Below, piece after piece: positions 52,182-64,000 of a stretch of 64,000 nt of DNA (its first letter is position 1; every line of letters starts with the position of its first letter). A program made the translations under genes and the position numbers. Source of the stretch: Mobula hypostoma (Eukaryota); NCBI RefSeq assembly GCF_963921235.1, contig NC_086097.1, positions 96,412,001 through 96,476,000 on the forward strand, in the 5' to 3' direction. The notes under the pieces were generated by a model. It saw only the letters and a program-made list of their open reading frames with translations. It was not told where the DNA came from and ran no database searches.

Positions 52182-52490
52182 GTCAGAATCTTTTTCCTAT
52201 TATAGAAAGATCAAGTACTAGAAGACAAGCATTTAAGCTGAGGTGGGTAAGTTTAAAGGAGATGTTAGGGACATTTTTAAAAAAATATACAGTAGTGGTT
52301 GCTTGGTATGGGCTACCAGGGTAGTGCAAGCAGATCAAACAGCAGCATTTGAGACTGTTAGATAAACATGTGAATCTGCAGGGAATGGAGGGGTATGGAT
52401 CACGTTTAAACATAAGCGATTTGGTATACTTCATGTTTGGTGCAGAAATTGTAGGCCAAAGGGCCTGTTCCTATGCTCTGCTGTTCTATT
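52182..52490 (+). mobile_element. CR1 3' end
   Basis: GGCCAAAGGGCCTGTTCCTATGCTCTGCTGTTCTAT tail. Confidence 0.75.
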
Positions 52491-52879
52491 CTGCAGTCTG
52501 ACATTCACTCACACTCTACGTAGAAATTAGTTCTCTGTTATGGATTTCACAATCTGCCAGTCTGGTTTCAATCTGCTATCACTAAAACCTGATAGATTGT
52601 AGACAGGGCGAAATCTGTATCATGTGGCAGCTCGCCCACGCAGCAAGCGAACCGGCTCCAGCAGTCGCTGGCGAGCCTGCAACCAGTGGCAACTGAAAGG
52701 GCTCTGAGAACAAGGCAGACCTCAGCCCGGAAGCCGACGTCACTTCCGCCCCGCAAAGGGCGGGGGTTGCTGGGAGCGGGTTACTTAAGCGCGCACCGAT
52801 TCAAACAGTAAACAGTTCAACCAGACCCTGCTCGACTCAGTGTGTTGCTTTCGCTTGTCATGTATCAGCGCGACTACAT

Positions 52880-52893
52880 TGGTGACCCCGACG
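52880..52893 (+). promoter_or_regulatory. Primer-binding site complementary to tRNA-Trp 3' end
   Basis: TGGTGACCCCGACG right after the 5' LTR; matches the start of the known tRNA-Trp PBS TGGTGACCCCGACGTGAT. Confidence 0.85.
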
Positions 52894-53291
52894 GTCCAAC
52901 GGCATTTGGATCCAACATAAACGACTCGGCTCTGCAGAATGCAGTTTCCCTTAAACTGCCAACCTTCTGGACCACTCAACTCCTGGTCTGGTTTGAGCAA
53001 GTGGAGGCACAGTTCCAGGTCAGGCAAATTGTCTCAGACGCCACCAGGTATTACTATGTGGTGGGTGCCCTCGACCAAGAGACAGCAGGCCGCATTATTG
53101 ACTTTCTGCATCAGCCCCTGGCAACAGACAGGTACGAGGCACTCAAGGCCCTGTTAATCCGCACATTTGGCCTCTCCCGCTGCAAACGGCCGCGTGGTTA
53201 CTGCATATGGACCAGCCTGGGCAGCCACGTGCCATCAGCCCTGATGAGCGACGTGCTAGCACTGGCAGATGGCCATAAACCTTGCCTGCTG

Positions 53292-53910
53292 TTTCTTTTC
53301 TTTCATTTGCAATCTTTTTATTAATTTCAGCATCATAAACATTACAGAAAATACAAAGGTAGATACAGAGCAATTGGGATTACATTATTGATAATTAGTT
53401 TATACAAGTATAAACTATGGGAGCCCAAGCACGGGAGAATGAACTCTGGGCGCCCTCCCAAGTCTATGGTCAACACGTTCCTAGAAGGCAGCGGCGCGGC
53501 TAATGGAGATGAACTGAACACACTGATGAGGGAGAGGGAAAAGTGGAGAGTCCGTCATCGTACCCGACAATGGCCTCTAGGCCTGAGTCGACGTAGTAGT
53601 AGTAGTAGTAGTAGTATAAACTGAATTGACACATCATTAATGAGCTTCCCAAAATCTCAAAAAGTATAAATATAATACAGAAAAATATAAAGAGAAAATA
53701 TAAAAAATCATGAAAAAAGAAACAAAAATATATACCCCAAAAGAAATAAAAGTCTAAACCAACTAGAAAAAAAACTAAAGGGGAAAAAAAAGAAAAAGAA
53801 TGGGCTATTATGATACCTTAGATAAGAGCATTAGTGTCGTTAACTCTGCTCCTCTCCTCTTGTATTGAAGTAACAAAATAGAATTGGAACTGGCACAACT
53901 CCTCAGAATC
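53292..53910 (-). mobile_element. L1 3' UTR fragment inside the Gypsy element
   Basis: Minus strand GAGGAGCAGAGTTAACGACACTAATG..AGCCCA matches ~5039-5092; ends AATAAAAAGATTG..(GAAA)n like 5351. Confidence 0.85.
53417..53612 (+). mobile_element. RTE-like LINE 3' end with (TAG)n tail
   Basis: WEPKHGRMNSGRP..W C-terminus; 10-bp TSD AGTATAAACT (53407-53416, 53613-53622). Confidence 0.82.
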
Positions 53911-55399
53911 CAGCTCCACCGAACGACTGCTTGCCACCCGCAGTCAACGGCCTGGTGGAATGTTTCCACAGGCACTTGAAGTCAACCCTGATGGCATGCC
54001 TCCGAGCGCCAGACTGGGTGGATGAACTCCCCTGGGTGCTGCTTGGCATCCACACGGCACCCAAGGACCTGGCCGCATCTTTGGCCGAACTTGTTCACAG
54101 TGCTCCGCTGACAGCTCCTGGTGAGCTTGTGCCAGCATCCCGTAGCCAGGAGGACACACCTGCTAGGGTCCTAACTAAACTCCAGGAGCGGCTTGGAACA
54201 CTTGCTCCAGTTCTGACGTCCCACCACAGAACAACACCCTCTTTTGTGCCCAGGGACCTACAACAGAACGAGTATGTTTTCATTCGTCGAGGCGCGCACA
54301 GACCACCCCTGCAGTGACCATACGAGGGACCCTACAAGGTGGTGTACCATAATGGAGCGACCTGCGTTCTCAACATCGGTGGTAATGAAGAGACTTTTAC
54401 CATTGACCGTCTCAAACCGGCGCATCTAGACCTTGAATGCCCAGTTGTGGTACCACCCCCATGATGTTAAGGCTGGCCACCTAAAAGAACTGAGAGTGTG
54501 CAGGCTGTGGACTCTGCACCTCCTATCGCCGGTTCTGCGGGGGGGGGGGGTCATGTGGCGGCTCGCTCAAGCAGCAAGCGAACCGGCTCCAGCAGTCGCC
54601 GGCGAGCCCGCAGCCAACGGCAACCGAGAGGGCTTTGAGAACAGGGCAGACCTCGGCCTGGAAGCCGACGTCGCTTCCGCCCCGCAAAGGGCAGGGGTTG
54701 CTGGGAGCAGGTTATTTAAGCGCACACTGATTCAAACAGTAAACGGTTCAACCAGACCCTGCTCGACAGCGTGTTGCCTTCGCTCATCATGCATCAGCGC
54801 AACTACAATATGACAAAATCCAACTGTTTGGGTCTTTGTGACATCCAGAATATGACAATTGAGTAGAAAGACACAAAGTCACAAATTGTAAATGGATGCC
54901 TGCTGGCCAAGCTCAGAACTGGAAAAAGAGTTTCAAAAGGCCAAAGATTCAATTGTATCACATGACTTATTTCCATGACTAGCCAACTGTATCCAAATTC
55001 AAAAAGCATCAACAATATTTCTCTTAATACATACAAGAAGCAGTCTTCCAAATACTATATCATTCAGATCCTCTGATTCTGGTGTTCTATGCATTTTAAT
55101 TCCTACATCCCCATTACCATTCTGAGATATCAGTCCACGGCCTCCTCTTCAGCCACACAGGCTGGAGTAGCAGCAGCTCATATTCCAATGACAGAGTACA
55201 GCTTTACTGTTACCATTGAAATGGTTGTATTATCTATCTCAAAGCCTCATCTATCTTGTCAATATTTCCATGTATTCTTCACTTTTTGAAGAGCTTTCAG
55301 AAACAGTCAAAAATGTTTTTTAAAAGTTTAAACCTACTATCATTGGTTAATTTGGTATAACATCTCAATTAGTATTTTGCATTTCTTATAGACCATTCC

Positions 55400-56648
55400 T
55401 TGATTGCGTCAACGACAGATGCAATCTCAATGGCTCGCCACATGGCTTTAGACCACCTGGACAACACAAGCACCTATGTCAGGATGTGTTCATCAACTAT
55501 AGCTCAGCATTTAATACTATCATTCCCACAATCCTGATTGAGAAGTTGCAGAACTTGGGCCTCTGTACCTCCCTCTGCAATTGGATCCTTGACTTCCTAA
55601 CTGGAAGACCACAATCTGTGTGGTGATAACATATCCTCCTCGCTGACGATTAACACTTCACCTCAGGGATGTGTGTTTAGCCCACTGCTCTACTCTCTCT
55701 ACACATGACTGTGTGGCTAGGCATAGCTTAAATACCATCTATAAATTTGCTGACGATACAACCATTGTTGGTAGAATCTCAGGTGGTGATAAGAGGGCGT
55801 ACAGGAGTGAGATATGCCAACTAGTGGAGTGGTGCCGCAGCAACAACCTGGCACTCAACATCAGTAAGACGAAAGAGCTGATTGTGGACTTCAGAAAGGG
55901 TAAGACGAAGGAACGCATACCAATCCTCATAGAGGGATCAGAAGTGGAGAGAGTGAGCAGTTTCAAGTTCTGGGTGTCGAGATCTCTGAGGATCTAACCT
56001 GGTCCCAACATATCGATGCAGTTATAAAGTAGGCAAGACAGTAACCTCATTAGGAGTTTGAAGAGATTTGGCATGTCAACAAATACACTCAAAAACTTCT
56101 ATAGATGTACTGTGGAGAGCATTCTGACAGGCTCCATCACTGTCTGGTATGCTGGGGGGGCGGGGGGGGGGGGTTGCTACTGCACAGGACCAAAAGAAGA
56201 TGCAGAAGGTTGTAAATCTAGTCAGCTTCATGTTGTGTACTGGCCTACAAAGTACCCAGCACATCTTCAGGGAGCAGTGTCTCAGAAAGGCAGTGTCCAT
56301 TAATAAGGACCTCCAGCGCCCAGGGCATGCCCTTTCCCCACTATTACCATCAGGTAGGAGGTACAGAAGCCTGAAGGCAGACACTCAGCGATTCAGGAAC
56401 AGCTTTTTCCCCTCTGCCATCAGATTCCTAAATGGACATTAAAACCCTTGGACACTACCTCACTTTTTTTAATGTACAGTATTTCTGTTTTTGCACGAAT
56501 TTTAATCTATTCAATATACGTATACTGCAATTGACTTATCTATTTATTTATTTATTCTTCTATATTATGCATTGTATTGAACTGCTGCTGCTAAGTTAAC
56601 AAATTTCACGTCACATGCTGGTGATAATAAACCTGATTCTGATTCTGA
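55400..56648 (+). mobile_element. Rex/Babar-like LINE 3' part
   Basis: YKFADDTTIVG, WCRSNNLALNISKTKELIVDFRK, LLPSGRRYRSL, RFRNSFFP; tail AATAAACCTGATTCTGATTCTGA. Confidence 0.9.
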
Positions 56649-57867
56649 TGTTCCATTATCAGACAGGACAGCAATTTTTCCCCAGCTTTCACTCTCTGCC
56701 TTCAACTATATTGGTTATATTTAAATTTTTCCTCCAAGGTTTACAATTCATCTCTAACAATACATATTATGTTAAATGATGTCAAGTGCACAGCAAAAGA
56801 GAGACTACACTCAGTCAAGAATGCAATAGAGAGTTCAAGAATTGCAAATGACTGCCAAGCCATGACCTCCCCTCTTTCAACTTCCCCAACACCCAATTTA
56901 TGGACAGCTCTGTATATGAATAAAACATAAAAATCCATCTTTTTTCCACTGAATTTGTTCCAGTGAACGGTAGAATTGGTTTCCCCTCCCCCTCCCCCCT
57001 TTGCTTTTGATGCCATTCATTACAAATTGTGGCAGTATAATTTGCATCTATTTTCTGACTTATGAACAAAACCAGCTTAAGAAAATCTGTAAAAACTGAA
57101 CCCATTCATTACCCATGTACACATTTTCCTATGATAAATTATTAAATCAAGCAGTGTGGGAAAAAAATGTGCGGTTGCGGCAGTAAAGGAAGCTCTGACT
57201 GGAAGAATAAAAAAATAGCTGTGAAAATGACAGGAATTAAATGTTTGGAACACGCAAGAAAGCAATTATTCTTCTGCTGGGATCTGCTGATACAACTGCC
57301 AGATTATTCAATTTCCATTTTTTGAAGGGGGATGGGATAAAAGGTTTTCATCAAGGAGACTTTATTTCCTCTCCTTTGACCACAGAAGACATTGTTGAAA
57401 ACTTTCCTTTGCTGGAAAATAAATACTTGTAGGGTTAAAACCTTACACAGCATTACATTATGTCGGAGTATCCATTATAAAAATTTGAAAGTAAAAGGCA
57501 GTCAGGATTGTTCTGGCAGTCACAGCTTTAGTTCTTGGGATGAATGAATCCAGTAAAACTGACAGTTTGTTTCAGTGAGATTATTTGAAGGACATTAGAA
57601 TTCCAGTCATGAAATCACTTGTTTTTATTGCTCAACTTCATTTCCCTGAATGTTTCTCAACTTTTTTTTATTCCGCCACTTACTATACCATACACTCAGT
57701 TAACAGGGATGCAGGGTTGACTTAATTTCAATATATTAAAGTAATGCATTTGGTTGCATAAAGTACCCCATGGGATATTCGAATCTCGTAAAGAGAACTT
57801 TGTACAGGAATTGCTTCATCATTGGAGAAGAACTTTCAGGATAACTGCAATATGGCAATGCAGCACA

Positions 57868-58221
57868 CCTCGTCATCATCGTGGCTATCCCTCGAGGTCG
57901 AGGATGATGGTCTTCGTTCTGAAGAAGTGGCCTACAGAGTGAAGACGACTGTGCGTGTACTTGTTTAACATGTACTTAATCTTGCACTCCAAGAAGTACA
58001 CGATACTTCACAAATCAATCAACTGATTCCAATGGCATGGAAACCACGACGACTGGAGCTGATGGATTTGTTGCAGCCTTCATCCGCCTTCACAGCCATT
58101 GAGTTCGAAGTAACTTCATCCGCCTGTTCCACCATTGAGGTCTTGGTTGGATTGTTCTTTGTCAGGGACCTCACCTTCGACCTTACCGCCATGGGTGACC
58201 CTACCAGGAGCATAGCTCCAG
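57868..58221 (-). mobile_element. Probable RTE-derived non-autonomous element
   Basis: Minus strand GCTCCTGGTAGGGTCACCCATGGC resembles RTE/Rex3 5' regions (from memory); GATGATGAC-type end. Confidence 0.5.
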
Positions 58222-58224
58222 ACA

Positions 58225-59520
58225 TATTCTGTAGATGCTGGAAATCCAGAGCAACATACACAAAATGTTGGAGAAACTGAGCAAGCTAGGCAGCATCTAT
58301 TTCAGATTGTGATCCTTCATCAGGACCTGATCAGCACAAATCTGCAGGCAGCAAATTTGTGAAAACGGGCGAAAAGACAAGGGAATCATGGAGGGAGTTA
58401 TCCCTGCAGATAGTGGAGAGTGTGGGGTAAGTGAAGATGTGTTTGGTAGTAGGATCTCGTTGAAGGTGGTGGAAGTTGTGAAGAATGATGTGTTGGATGT
58501 GGAGGCTCATGGGCTAGTAGGCGAGGACTAGAAGAACTCTATTCCTGTTAAGATGGCAGGAAGGAATGAACATAGAGATCTGAGAAATAGAGGAGATGCA
58601 GGTGAGGGCAACATCAATAGTGGAGGAAGGAGGACATGTCTGATCTGGAAAGGAAATCCTCGTCCTGGGAACAGGTGATTAAGGGACAGAATAAAGGGAA
58701 TAGCAATTTTAGAGGAGACGGTGGTAAGAGGTACAGTCAAGATAGTCATGGGAATCTCTTGGTTTATGAAAGATGTTGGTAGACAGTTTGTCTCCAGAGA
58801 TGGAGATAGATTAAGAAAGGGGAGTGGAGGGTCAGAAATGGACCAAGTGAATTCAAAGGAACGGTGGAAGTTGAAGGAAAAAATGATTAAATTGATGAGC
58901 TCAGCATGGGTGCATGAAGCAGCATCATTGCAGTTGTCAATGTAGTGCAGAAAGAGTTGGGGAGCAGTAGCATGGAAGGCTTGGACATGAACTGTTCCAC
59001 ATAGCCAATGAAAAGGCAGGCATAAATGAGGCCCATAGCTACCTCTCAAGTCTAGAAAAAATGGGAGGAGCTGAATGAGAAATTGTTGAGGGTGAGGACC
59101 AGTTCTGCCAGACGGTGAAGAGTGTTGGAGCAGGGGAACTGGCTCAGTCTTTTTTTGAGAATGAAGCAGAGAGCTTTAAGCCTTCTTGATGAGGTATAGA
59201 GGTGTATAGGGAGTGGATATCATCCATGATGAAAATGATGTGGTCAGAGCAGGGATTGAGCACGTTTGAAGTGTTGTGGATGCAGGTGGGAAAGGACTGA
59301 ACCAAGGGGGATAGAATGGAGTCAAGGTACGTGAACATGAATTCAGTGGGGCAGGAGAAGGCAGACACTGTAAGCCTACCTGGACAGTTACGTTTGTGAT
59401 TCTTGGGCAGGAAGTAGAAATGAGCCCAGCGGGGTAAGGTAACTGAGCTTGATGGCAGTGGATGGGAGATCTCCAGATTCAGTGAGGTTAGTGATGGTGC
59501 AGGAGACAGCAGCATGATGG
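58225..59520 (-). mobile_element. Old Penelope-like element, decayed and internally deleted
   Basis: FYFLPKNHK..PGR..VSA.SCPTE, SLYTSIPH, LFLHYIDN; terminus with hammerhead core at 58300-58327. Confidence 0.85.
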
Positions 59521-59872
59521 TTCGGAGACTGCCTGTTCAATTTAAACAGGAGTGAATGTTACTCAAATAAACATGGTGCTTGTTAACTTATTGGTGTCTC
59601 AACTTCAATGTATTGCATAGATATCCTTTCCTAACTGTACTTGTGTCCTGTATGTTAGTTAGTGTTAATTGTTTTTTTTTAACTTACATTTTTAAGTCAG
59701 AAATATCTGGGTTATCCAAATGATAAAATTCCATGATGTTGGAATGTAATTTTTGAGTGACTTTAACTGCTGAAATAATGCTAATAATTTTGTGCCTGTT
59801 ATACAATTTAAACAGGAGTTGAATGCTATTCAACTAAACAAATTGTTTGTTAACTTATGAGTGCCTCAACTT

Positions 59873-61797
59873 AAGACCTTAAGACATAGGAGCAGGATTA
59901 GGCCATTCAGCCCAAAGAGTCCGGTCTTCTATTTCATCATGGCTGATCCCGAATCCCATTCTATCCTATACACCTGCCCTCTCACCATATCCCTTGATGC
60001 CCTGACCAATCAGGAATCTATCAACTTCCACTTTAAACATATCCATGTACTTGGCCTCCACCACAGTCTATGGCAGAGCATTCCACAGATTCACTTCTCA
60101 TTGGCTTAAAAAATTCCTCCTTACTTCTGTTCTAAAAGGTCGCCCCTCAATTTTGAGGCCGTGCCCTCAAGTTCTCGATGCCCCCAACAGAGGGAACATC
60201 CTCTCCACATCCATCTTGTCTAATACTTTCAACATCCGGTAGGTTTCAATGAGATTCCTCCTCCCCCCGCCCCACCAGCATTCTACTAAATTCCAGTGCA
60301 TACAGGCCCGAAGCTGCCAAATGCTCCTCATATGTTGCCCCCTTCATTCCTGGAATCATCCTCGTGAACCTCCTCTAGGTTCTCTCCAATGACAATGCAT
60401 CCTTTCAGAGATAAGGGGCCCAAAACTGTTGGCAATACTCCATGCGGCCTGACTAGTGTCTTATAAAGCTTCATCATTATCTCCTTGTTTTTAATGTGCT
60501 ATTCCCCTTGAAATAAAAGCCAACATTGCATTTGCCTTCTTTACCTGAGACTCAACCTGTGAATTAACCTTCTGGGAATCTTGCAAGGCGACTCCCAAGT
60601 CCCTTTGCACCTCTGATGTTTGAATTTTCTGTCCATTTAGATGATAGCATGCACTATTGTCCCTTTTACCAAAGTGCATTATCATACGTTTCCCAACACT
60701 GTATTCCATCTGCCACCTTTTTGCCCATTCTTCCAATTTGTTTAGTACCTGCTACAATTGCATTGCTTCCTCAGCACTACCTACCCATCCACAAACTTTG
60801 CCATAAAGCCATCAATTCCACTATCTAAATCATTGACAAACAATGTGAAAAGTGGCTGTCCCAATGCTGACCCCTGAGGAACACCACTAGTCACTGGCCC
60901 CCTTTATGCTCACTCACTGCCTTCTGCCTGTCAGCCATTCCTCTATCCATGCCAGTATCTTTCCTGTAACACCATAGGATTTTATCTTGTTAAGCAGCCT
61001 CATATGAGGCACTTTATCAAATGCCTTTTGAGAATCTAAGTAAATGACATCCATTGCCTCTCCTTTGTCCATCCTCTTGTTACTTCCTCAAAGAATTCTG
61101 ATAGATTCCTCAGGCAAGATTTCCCCTTACAGAAACCATGCTGACTTTGACTTACTTTATCATTGGTCTTCAGAAATCCTAAAACCTCATTCTTAATAAT
61201 AGATTCCAACACTTTCCTAACCACTGAGGTTAGGCTGGCTGTCCTATAATATGCTCTTTTGTTTTCCTCCCTTCTCAAAGAATGGAGTGACTTTTGCAAA
61301 TTTTCAGTACACTGGGACCATGCCAGAATCAAGTGATTCTTGAAAGATCATGACCAATGCATCTGTTATCTCTTCAGCAACCTCTTTCAGGACTCTGGGA
61401 TCTAGTCCATCTGGTCCAGGTGTCTTATCCACCTTAAGACCTTTCAGTTTGCCTAACGCTTTTCCCTTTGTAATAGCAATGGCACTCACTCCTACTCCCT
61501 GACACTCATGGACCTCTGGCATACTACTAGTGTCTTCCACAGTGAAGACTGAAACAAAGTACTTATTATGTTCATCTGCCATTTCTTTGACCCCTCTACT
61601 TCACCGGCATCATTTTCCAGTGGTTCAATATCAACATTCACCTCTGTTTTATTCTTTATATAACTGAAAAAACTTTTAGTGTCCTGCTTTATATTATCGG
61701 CTAGCTTGCTCTCATATTTCATCTTTGCCCTCATAACTTTTTTTTAGTTGCCTTTTGTTAGATTTTAAAAGTTTTTCAATCATCCAACTTCCCACTC
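59873..61797 (-). mobile_element. CR1 LINE ORF2 fragments and 3' end
   Basis: PGPDGLDPRVLKE, YRTASLTS, QHGFCKGKSC, KKANAMLAFI; tail at ~59873. Confidence 0.9.
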
Positions 61798-61924
61798 ACG
61801 AAGGGTCTCGGCCCGAAACGTCGACGGTACTTCTTCCTAGAGATGCTGCCTGGCCTGCTGCGTTCACCAGCAACTTTGATGTGTGTCGCTTGAATTTCCA
61901 GCATCTGCAGAATTCCTCGTATTT
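61798..61924 (+). mobile_element. Penelope terminal fragment starting inside the hammerhead core
   Basis: ACGA-A-GGGT-CTCG-GCCC-GAAA-CG-TC-GAC followed by the shared terminus. Confidence 0.88.
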
Positions 61925-62247
61925 ACATCTACAGAATATCTTGTGCTTAGAATAGAGCAAAGTTTATGCAACCATTATAAAAAGGCTGCTTGTAAAGGTA
62001 GTCTGCATTATGGTACACAGCTTAAATTCTTGGCAGGAATAAATCCAGTAAAATCTGCCGTTTGTTTCGGTGAGGTTACCTGAAGGGCATGAGAATTTCA
62101 GGCATGAAATCACTATTTTATTACTCATCTTTATTTCCCTGAATGTTTCTTAACTATTCTTTATTTTTTAGTTTACTGTATCCAACTGTGATTTATGTTT
62201 TTTCTCATTTCTCCTTTTAAGCCCCTGTTCTGATGGCAGTTTCAAAA

Positions 62248-63121
62248 CTTAGGCCTCTGTACCTCCCTCTGCAGCTGGATCCTCAACTTTCTTATTGGGA
62301 CACCACAGTTAGTGCAAATTAGTAACATCTTCTTGCTGACAATCACTAAAGTTACACATCAAAGATGCACACTTAGCCCACTGCTCTATTCTCGCTACAT
62401 TACTACAGCTGAAATGCCAACTATAAATTTGCAAATGACACTACTGCTGCTGCCAGAATCTCAGATGGTGATGAGCTGGCATACAGGAGTAAGACAGATC
62501 AGCTGTTTGAGTGGTGTTGCAACAATCTCCAACTCAACATGAGTAAGATCAAGAAGCAGGTTTTGGACAGGATCTATCTTGGGCCTAACATATTGATGCA
62601 ACCATCAAGAAGGTACACCAGTGGCTCTACTTCATTAGGAGCCTGAGGAGATTTGATGTGTCACCAAAGACTTGTACAAATTCCTACACATGTATGAAAG
62701 ACAGCATTCTAACTGGTTGCTTCACTGCCTTGTATGGAAGCTCCAACATGCAAGATTAAAAAAAAAGGTGGCAGAGGATTGCAAACTTGTCAACTATCAT
62801 GGGTACAACCCTCCCCACCATTGATGAAAAAACAGTGCCTCAAGAAGACAACATTGGTCATTTGGGACATGCCCTCCTCTCGTTACATCCATTGGGGAAT
62901 AGTACAGGAGATTTAGGACCCACATTCAGCATTTTAGAAATATTTCCTCCACCATCATGCTTCTGAACTAGCCATGAACCACTGAACACCATTGCATTAT
63001 TCATTTATTTTACTATACATTCATTTTTGTAAGTTATAGGACTTGTGTCTTGCATTCTACAGCTGTTGCAAAACAAATCTCATGACATATGTCTATGAAA
63101 ATAAATCTGATTCTGATTCTG
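62248..63121 (+). mobile_element. Rex/Babar-like LINE 3' part, decayed
   Basis: Homologous to 55555-56648; tail AATAAATCTGATTCTGATTCTG. Confidence 0.82.
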
Positions 63122-63494
63122 CAGCAGGTGTACGGATACAGCACAGCTTCCCAGATGTAGTTATCCAGGATTCTAGTTCAACTTCCAATAAAAGTTAGCA
63201 CATTATTTAACCCAAACAGCCAGTACATCATACACTCAAGTTAATGTCAACATAACTTCTCCTAAACATTTTCTCCATAACCCTTTTGGATACTCATTCA
63301 TCAGAGTTCATTCTTTCTTAGAAACAACACATTGTTCAACATTTTATTTTCAGAGAAAGTATTTCTTCAGACCTGCAAAAAAAAATGATACTTTTCTTTC
63401 ACCTGTTTAAATTATACCTTTTCCAGAGTCCACATTCACAACAATGTGCTGCAGATCACTCTATTCATGCACAACTGAATCACCAAATGTGATG

Positions 63495-64000
63495 AGGAGA
63501 GGAGAAGATGGCGACGCGACACAGCACGCAGCGGCCACTCCAGTGATGAATATCTGTTATTTATCAAGTAGGATGCCATGCACAATCCTGATTTGATGGA
63601 GGCAGATGTGAGAAGCACGGAGGAACATCTGGTGAAACTTCTGAAATGCCTGTTTCTTTGCTGCTGCTTCTGTGCGATCCAGAGTCTCCGAAGGAGAAGG
63701 CCCCAAGTCCTCGGCTTTGCTTGTTGCTCGGCGGCCAGGGAGGGGTCAAAGCGCTCGGCAGGGATGGTGCTCGATGTCAGAGGGCTGGTCGGAGGCTCCG
63801 AGTTTTTGGACAGACTCAGAGTCGGCTGTGGTCGGATGCTTCCAGGATGCTGCATCGGCAAGGTTTGTGGCGCTGGAGGTGCATGGCAGGGAGAGTTTCT
63901 CCCTTCTACTGTCTGCATGAGATGATGGGGCTATCGGGACTTTGAGACTTTTTTTTACCATGCTCATGGTCTGCTCTTTATCAAATTATGGTATTGCTTT
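63495..64000 (+). mobile_element. Second copy of the unassigned non-coding retroposon, runs off the window
   Basis: AAGATGGCGACGCGACACAGCACG start; colinear with 12790-13261. Confidence 0.8.

Larger units (their letters stand above)
52623..54807 (+). mobile_element. Gypsy LTR retrotransposon with two LTRs, internally deleted
   Basis: LTRs 52623-52878 and 54554-54807 (TGTGGC...CTACA); gag AVSLKLPTFW..WFEQVEAQF; integrase C-half NGLVECFHRHLK, WVDELPWVLLG, PYEGPYKV; poly-G PPT before 3' LTR. Confidence 0.96.

Noticed and set aside
57540..57640. snoRNA interpretation of the duplicated block
   Set aside because: No canonical C/D or H/ACA boxes conserved in both copies
63130..63385. Minus-strand splice acceptor TTTTTTTTGCAG
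   Set aside because: Stops in all three frames soon after, and no convincing donor

Overview
Eukaryotic, almost certainly vertebrate, non-genic DNA (intron or intergenic) made up mostly of nested transposable elements. The repeat mix (abundant CR1, Neptune-type Penelope, Rex/Babar, RTE, L1, Gypsy, Tc1/Tigger, hAT-Charlie, a CORE-type SINE) suggests a cartilaginous fish; this is an inference. No host protein-coding gene, tRNA, rRNA or CRISPR array can be supported. Every recognisable ORF is a decayed or truncated TE protein. The most notable structure is the Penelope-like element set: about ten insertions whose 3' ends carry a minimal type-I hammerhead ribozyme motif (CUGANGA...GAAA..UH), with base-pair-preserving variation between subfamilies. 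Three copies have inverted-terminus architecture, and one is a ~315-bp spacer-less fold-back made only of two hammerhead-bearing termini. Hammerheads in Penelope elements are established biology; the ORF-less fold-back, the strand bias and the imperfect target duplications deserve checking. Other items: a solo LTR with three internal minisatellites, a three-level TE nest replacing a Gypsy pol, an unclassified non-coding retroposon family and two unexplained local duplications. Boundaries were read by eye; those without a TSD or TIR are approximate.
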